Part shown: positions 59,578 to 64,000 of the stretch, in pieces
Numbering within the stretch: position 1 is the stretch's first letter
Layout of the letters: each line of letters opens with the position of its first letter
DNA from: Candidatus Krumholzibacteriia bacterium
GTDB taxonomy: Bacteria; Krumholzibacteriota; Krumholzibacteriia; LZORAL124-64-63
DNA: 64,000 bases
Direction of reading: 5' to 3'
Assembly: GCA_050174015.1 (NCBI GenBank)
Contig: JBFXKG010000004.1
Coordinates: forward strand, 96,001 to 160,000
Translations under genes and position numbers: made by a program
Notes under the pieces: generated by a model
Told to the model about the DNA's origin: nothing
Database searches by the model: none
Seen by the model: the letters and a program-made list of their open reading frames with translations, nothing else

Positions 59578-59600
59578 CTTTGTACGAATATCGAACAAAG
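59578..59600. promoter_or_regulatory. Palindromic operator between the MFS and GH92 genes
   Basis: CTTTGTACGA-ATA-TCGAACAAAG. Confidence 0.5.
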
Positions 59601-59743
59601 TATCATGACCTCCGCAGGATGGTCAACCGCATTCTGGGTTTCTCTGGATTCGGAGGCAACTGCGATCCCGGGTTTGTCCTCGCCACCTGGCGCGTGACCT
59701 TTCATAATGGAGCCTGGACCATCCGACCTGGAAGGACGGCTTC

Positions 59744-62635
59744 ATGAAACAGGCATTGATCATCCTCGCGGTCACGATCGCCGCCTTCCCCAGCTGGGCC
59801 TCGCTCGTCGACCGCGTCGACCCCTTCATCGGCACCGGCGGCCACGGCCACACCTTCCCCGGCCCCACCCTGCCGTTCGGGATGGTGCAGCTCTCCCCCG
59901 ACACCCGCCTCGAAGGCTGGGACGGCTGCTCGGGCTACCACTTCTCCGACACGGCCGTCTTCGGCTTCAGCCACACCCACCTGAGCGGCACCGGGGTCGG
60001 CGACTACGGCGACATCCTCCTGATGCCCGTGACCGGCGAACCCCGGCTGGACAACGGCTATCCCGACCGGGTGGACGAGGGCTACGGTTCGCGCTTCCTC
60101 AAGGAAACCGAGCGTGCCGAGGCCGGCTGGTACGCCGTCCATCTCGACGACTACGGCATCGACGTCGAGCTGACCGCCACCCCTCGCACCGGCCTGCACC
60201 GCTACGTGTTTCCCGCCGGCGAGCCCGCCCACGTCATCATCGACCTCACCCACCGCGACGAGCTGCTCGACGTCGATCTGACCGTCCCCGACGACAGGAC
60301 AGTCGCCGGCTTCCGCCGCTCCGCGGCCTGGGCCCGCGACCAGATGGTCCACTTCCGGGCTGCGTTCTCGCGGCCGTTCAACGCGTCGAAGATCATCACC
60401 GACGACATCGGCAGGCCGCTCAAGGCGGTGCTGTCCTTCGGCGACCAGGGCGGCGACCTGCTGGTCCAGGTCGGGATCTCGGCGGTCGACGACGCCGGCG
60501 CCCGCGGCAACCTCGAAGCCGAGTGGGCCGACTTCGACTTCGCCGCGACCCGCGCCAAGGCCCGCGCCGCCTGGTCCGCCGTCCTGGACCGCTTCGAGGT
60601 CACCGGCGCCGACGATGCCGACCTGACCGTCCTGGCCACAGCCCTCTACCACAGCTTCATCGCCCCCAACCTGTTCAGCGACGCCGACGGCCGGTACCGC
60701 GGCATGGACCTCGCCACTCACACCGCCGAGGGTCGCAACCAGTACACCGTGTTCTCCCTGTGGGACACCTACCGCGCCACCCATCCCCTGTTCACCCTGG
60801 TCGAGCGCGGCCGCACGCAGGACTTCGTCGCCACCATGATGGCCCAGTACGACCAGGGCGGCCGCCTCCCCGTGTGGGAGCTGGCCGCCAACGAGACGGA
60901 CTGCATGATCGGCTACCACAGCGTCTCGGTCATCGCCGACGCCTATCTCAAGGGCATCGTGACCGGCGGCGAGGATCACGCCCTGGACGCCATGATCGAC
61001 ATCGCGAAGCGGGATCACTTCGGCCTCGACGCCTACAAGCGCGACGGATTCATCTCCGCCGACCTCGAGTCCGAGTCGGTGAGCAAGACCCTCGAGTACG
61101 CCTACGACGATCTCTGCATCGCCCGCATGGCCGCCATGACCGGCCGGATGGATGCGTTCGACGAGTTCAGCCGGCGGTCCCTGGCCTGGCGACACCTGTA
61201 TGATCCGGCCACCGGTTGCTTCCGTCCCCGCATCAACGGCCAGTGGCTGAAACCCTACGATCCCCGCCGGGTCGACAACCACCATACCGAGGCCAACGGG
61301 TGGCAGTACCGCTTCGCCGCGCCCCACGACCTGCAGGCCCACATCCAGGTCTGCGGCGGCGACGGACCCTTCCTCGCAGCCCTCGATTCATTGTTCAGCG
61401 TCGTGAGCGCGACCACCGGCCGCGACCAGCCCGACATCACCGGCCGCATCGGCCAGTACGCCCACGGCAACGAACCCAGCCATCACGTGGGCTGGCTCTA
61501 CCACGGGGCCGGAAGGCCTCAGAAGAGCGCCGACCGCATCGCTCACATCCTCGACGAGTTCTACACCCCCCTGCCCGACGGCCTGATCGGCAACGAGGAC
61601 TGCGGGCAGATGTCCAGCTGGTACGTCCTGGCCGCCTACGGCCTGTACGACATCGCGCCCTCCTCCCGTCAATGGCTGGTCATCCCGCCCCGGCACGAGC
61701 GCATGTCCATGCGGTTCGAAAACGGCGCCGTCTTCACCACCCGGCGCGTAGGGACCGGCGCCGTCGAGAGCGTCACCTGGAACGGGAAGCCCCTTTCGCG
61801 CAGCTTCCTCTGGCACCACGAGGTGGTCGATGGGGGCGAGCTCGTCTTCCAGCTCGGCGAGGAAGGCGAGTGGGGCAAGGCCCTCGAGGACCGTCCGCCC
61901 AGCAGCGCCCGCCTGGGCGACGTCATTCCCGCCCCCTGGGCCGATGCGCCGGCCCAGCGCTTCCGGGGACGCCTGAAGATCGCCCTGGGGGTGGACGACC
62001 CCCGGGCCGAGATCCGCTGGACCGATGACCCCCAGGTCGATCCGCACCTGGGCGCGGTCTACGACAAGGCCATCACCATCGCCGCCACCACCACCCTGCG
62101 CTTCGTCGCCATGAAACATCCGCAGGAGCCCAGTCCGGTCGTCGCCGCCACCTTCACGGCCCTTCCCGAAGACTGGTCGGTGACCCTGGGCGCCGAACCC
62201 AATCCGCAGTACACCGCCGGCGGCCCGGACGCCCTGATCGACGGGGTGCGCGGACCCGAGGACTGGCGCCGCGGCGGATGGCACGGCTACGAGGGGCAGG
62301 ACTTCCTGGCCACGCTGGATCTTGGCGGGCCGACTCCCCTGCGACGGGTTGGCGCTTCCTTCCTGCAGGACGTGCGCTCGTGGATCGTGATGCCGCGGGA
62401 ATTGCTGGTCGAAACCTCCCGGGACGGGAGAACGTTCAGTCCCGCCGGCCGGGTCGCTCCCGACGTGGCGGTCGAGGACTACGGCGTCATCATGCGCGAC
62501 CTGACGGTGGAACTCGACGGCGCCCCGGTCCGGACCCTCCGTTTCACTGCGACCGGATCCGGACCCATGCCGCCGTGGCACCCCGGCGCCGGCGGCGCAT
62601 CCTTCATCTTCGTCGACGAGCTGATCGTCGAATGA
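59744..62635 (+). CDS. GH92 alpha-mannosidase with C-terminal Fn3-associated and F5/8-type domains
   Basis: VDPFIGTGGHGHTFPG, FSLWDTYR, HGNEPSHH, GNEDCGQMSSWY, IFVDEL. Confidence 0.93.
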   Translation: MKQALIILAVTIAAFPSWASLVDRVDPFIGTGGHGHTFPGPTLPFGMVQLSPDTRLEGWDGCSGYHFSDTAVFGFSHTHLSGTGVGDYGDILLMPVTGEPRLDNGYPDRVDEGYGSRFLKETERAEAGWYAVHLDDYGIDVELTATPRTGLHRYVFPAGEPAHVIIDLTHRDELLDVDLTVPDDRTVAGFRRSAAWARDQMVHFRAAFSRPFNASKIITDDIGRPLKAVLSFGDQGGDLLVQVGISAVDDAGARGNLEAEWADFDFAATRAKARAAWSAVLDRFEVTGADDADLTVLATALYHSFIAPNLFSDADGRYRGMDLATHTAEGRNQYTVFSLWDTYRATHPLFTLVERGRTQDFVATMMAQYDQGGRLPVWELAANETDCMIGYHSVSVIADAYLKGIVTGGEDHALDAMIDIAKRDHFGLDAYKRDGFISADLESESVSKTLEYAYDDLCIARMAAMTGRMDAFDEFSRRSLAWRHLYDPATGCFRPRINGQWLKPYDPRRVDNHHTEANGWQYRFAAPHDLQAHIQVCGGDGPFLAALDSLFSVVSATTGRDQPDITGRIGQYAHGNEPSHHVGWLYHGAGRPQKSADRIAHILDEFYTPLPDGLIGNEDCGQMSSWYVLAAYGLYDIAPSSRQWLVIPPRHERMSMRFENGAVFTTRRVGTGAVESVTWNGKPLSRSFLWHHEVVDGGELVFQLGEEGEWGKALEDRPPSSARLGDVIPAPWADAPAQRFRGRLKIALGVDDPRAEIRWTDDPQVDPHLGAVYDKAITIAATTTLRFVAMKHPQEPSPVVAATFTALPEDWSVTLGAEPNPQYTAGGPDALIDGVRGPEDWRRGGWHGYEGQDFLATLDLGGPTPLRRVGASFLQDVRSWIVMPRELLVETSRDGRTFSPAGRVAPDVAVEDYGVIMRDLTVELDGAPVRTLRFTATGSGPMPPWHPGAGGASFIFVDELIVE

Positions 62636-62652
62636 CCCGGGTCGAGGTGCGT

Positions 62653-64000
62653 ATGAGATCCGTCATCCTGGCACTGGCCGTCGCCCTGGCGGCCCCCGGT
62701 CCGCAGGCGTCCGCCGCCGGGGACCTCGCCCGCCACGTCGATCCCCTGGTCGGCACCCGCAACATGGGCCACACCTTTCCCGGAGCCGTCGTGCCCTTCG
62801 GTCTGGTCCAGCTCAGCCCGGACACCCGGCACCTGTCCATGTACGACGCAGAGGGCAAGTACGTCCCCGAGGTCTACCGCTACTGCGCCGGCTACCAGTA
62901 CGAGGACAGCACCATCGTCGGGTTCAGCCACACGCACTTCAGCGGCACCGGGCACTCCGACCTGGGCGACGTCTCCCTGCTGCCGGTGATGGGAGACGTG
63001 GACCTGGACGCCGGTCCCTCCGCGCGGTTCGATCACGCCACCGAGACGGCCGAACCCGGCTTCTACCTCGTCCGCCTGGAAGACCCGGGCATCACCGCCG
63101 AACTGACCGCCACCACCCGCACCGGCTGGCACCGCTACACCTTCGACCAGGCAGGCGAAGCCCACGTGGTCCTCGACCTCGTGGCCAACATCTACGACCA
63201 CGACGACAAGAACGTCTGGACCTTCGTCCGCGTGGAGAACGACACCCTGGTCACCGGCTACCGCATCACCACCGGCTGGGCCCGCACCCGTACCGTGTAC
63301 TTCGCCATCGCCTTCGACCGCCCGATCTCGAGCTATGGCCACCGGCGCCTGGACCCCACCCCCTACCGCGGGTTCTACCGGCGCTTCGACCAGGAGCACG
63401 ACTTCCCCGAGATGGCCGGCCGCGACCTGCGGGCGCAGTTCGCCTTCCCCGTCCAGGCCGGGGACCGGCTCACCGTCAAGGTCGCGCTCTCCGGGGTCAG
63501 CACTGCGGGCGCTCTTGCCAACCTCGCCGCCGAAGCCCCCGGCTGGGACTTCGACCAGGTCCGCGCGGCCGCGCGAGCGGCCTGGAACCGGGAACTGGGC
63601 CGCATCGAGGCTGTCACCACCACTTCCGACCAGGCCTCCATCTTCTACACGGCCCTGTACCACACCATGCTGGGTCCGGTGGTCTACGAGGACATCGACG
63701 GCAGTTACCGCGGCCTCGACCAGAACGTCCACGTCTCCGACGGTTTCACCAACTACACGGTCTTCTCCCTGTGGGACACCTACCGGGCCCTGCATCCTCT
63801 GTTCAACCTGCTCCAGCCGGCGCGCAACGCCGACATGATCGCTAGCATGCTCGCGCACTTCGACCAGAGCGTTCACCCCATGCTGCCGGTGTGGAGCCAT
63901 CACGCCAACGAGAACTGGTGCATGATCGGTTACCACAGCGTGTCGGTGATCGCCGATGCCGCGGTCAAGGGCGTGGGGGGATTCGACCTCGGCCGCGCGC
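62653..64000 (+). CDS. Second GH92 alpha-mannosidase, 3'-truncated by window edge
   Basis: Absent from the ORF track; read by hand: MRSVILALAVALA...VDPLVGTRNMGHTFPGAVVPFGLVQLSPDT...FSHTHFSGTGHSDLGD...FSLWDTYR. Confidence 0.9.
   Translation, partial: MRSVILALAVALAAPGPQASAAGDLARHVDPLVGTRNMGHTFPGAVVPFGLVQLSPDTRHLSMYDAEGKYVPEVYRYCAGYQYEDSTIVGFSHTHFSGTGHSDLGDVSLLPVMGDVDLDAGPSARFDHATETAEPGFYLVRLEDPGITAELTATTRTGWHRYTFDQAGEAHVVLDLVANIYDHDDKNVWTFVRVENDTLVTGYRITTGWARTRTVYFAIAFDRPISSYGHRRLDPTPYRGFYRRFDQEHDFPEMAGRDLRAQFAFPVQAGDRLTVKVALSGVSTAGALANLAAEAPGWDFDQVRAAARAAWNRELGRIEAVTTTSDQASIFYTALYHTMLGPVVYEDIDGSYRGLDQNVHVSDGFTNYTVFSLWDTYRALHPLFNLLQPARNADMIASMLAHFDQSVHPMLPVWSHHANENWCMIGYHSVSVIADAAVKGVGGFDLGRA

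Overview
High-GC (roughly 68-70% by eye) Gram-negative bacterial chromosome segment. FlgD/T9SS-like C-terminal domains, a His-rich AtpB and C-terminal '(T/S)(W/F)GxVKxLFR' tails suggest an FCB-superphylum organism such as Ca. Krumholzibacteriota (inference). Contents in order: HEAT-repeat gene end, SGNH protein, a six-gene TonB/ExbBD (TtpC-type) cluster, pepF, an orphan response regulator-cheR pair, djlA-mutM, a DsrC/TusE-family gene, a complete F1Fo ATP synthase operon, an accessory block at 22.7-27.9 kb, several secreted enzymes, marR-yceI, a DUF134/NifX/4Fe-4S-ATPase/CGGC cluster, a hybrid kinase, sugar transporters and two GH92 mannosidases. The most unusual element is the minus-strand accessory block: PPP-type metallophosphoesterase, a broken small ORF, an HTH-WYL regulator, a separately promoted and terminated ~160-nt RNA containing a SAM-II riboswitch-like aptamer, and a double-AAA+ ATPase. 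Four copies of a 19-bp inverted repeat (CRTTCC-N7-GGAACG) punctuate this block, each exactly 9 bp from a -10-like hexamer. My hypothesis is a stress or anti-phage module in which the ATPase responds to both WYL signalling and SAM depletion. No rRNA, tRNA, CRISPR array, integrase or transposase was recognised. Starts were re-assigned by eye from RBS and stop/start overlaps; family calls come from motif recognition, not database searches.
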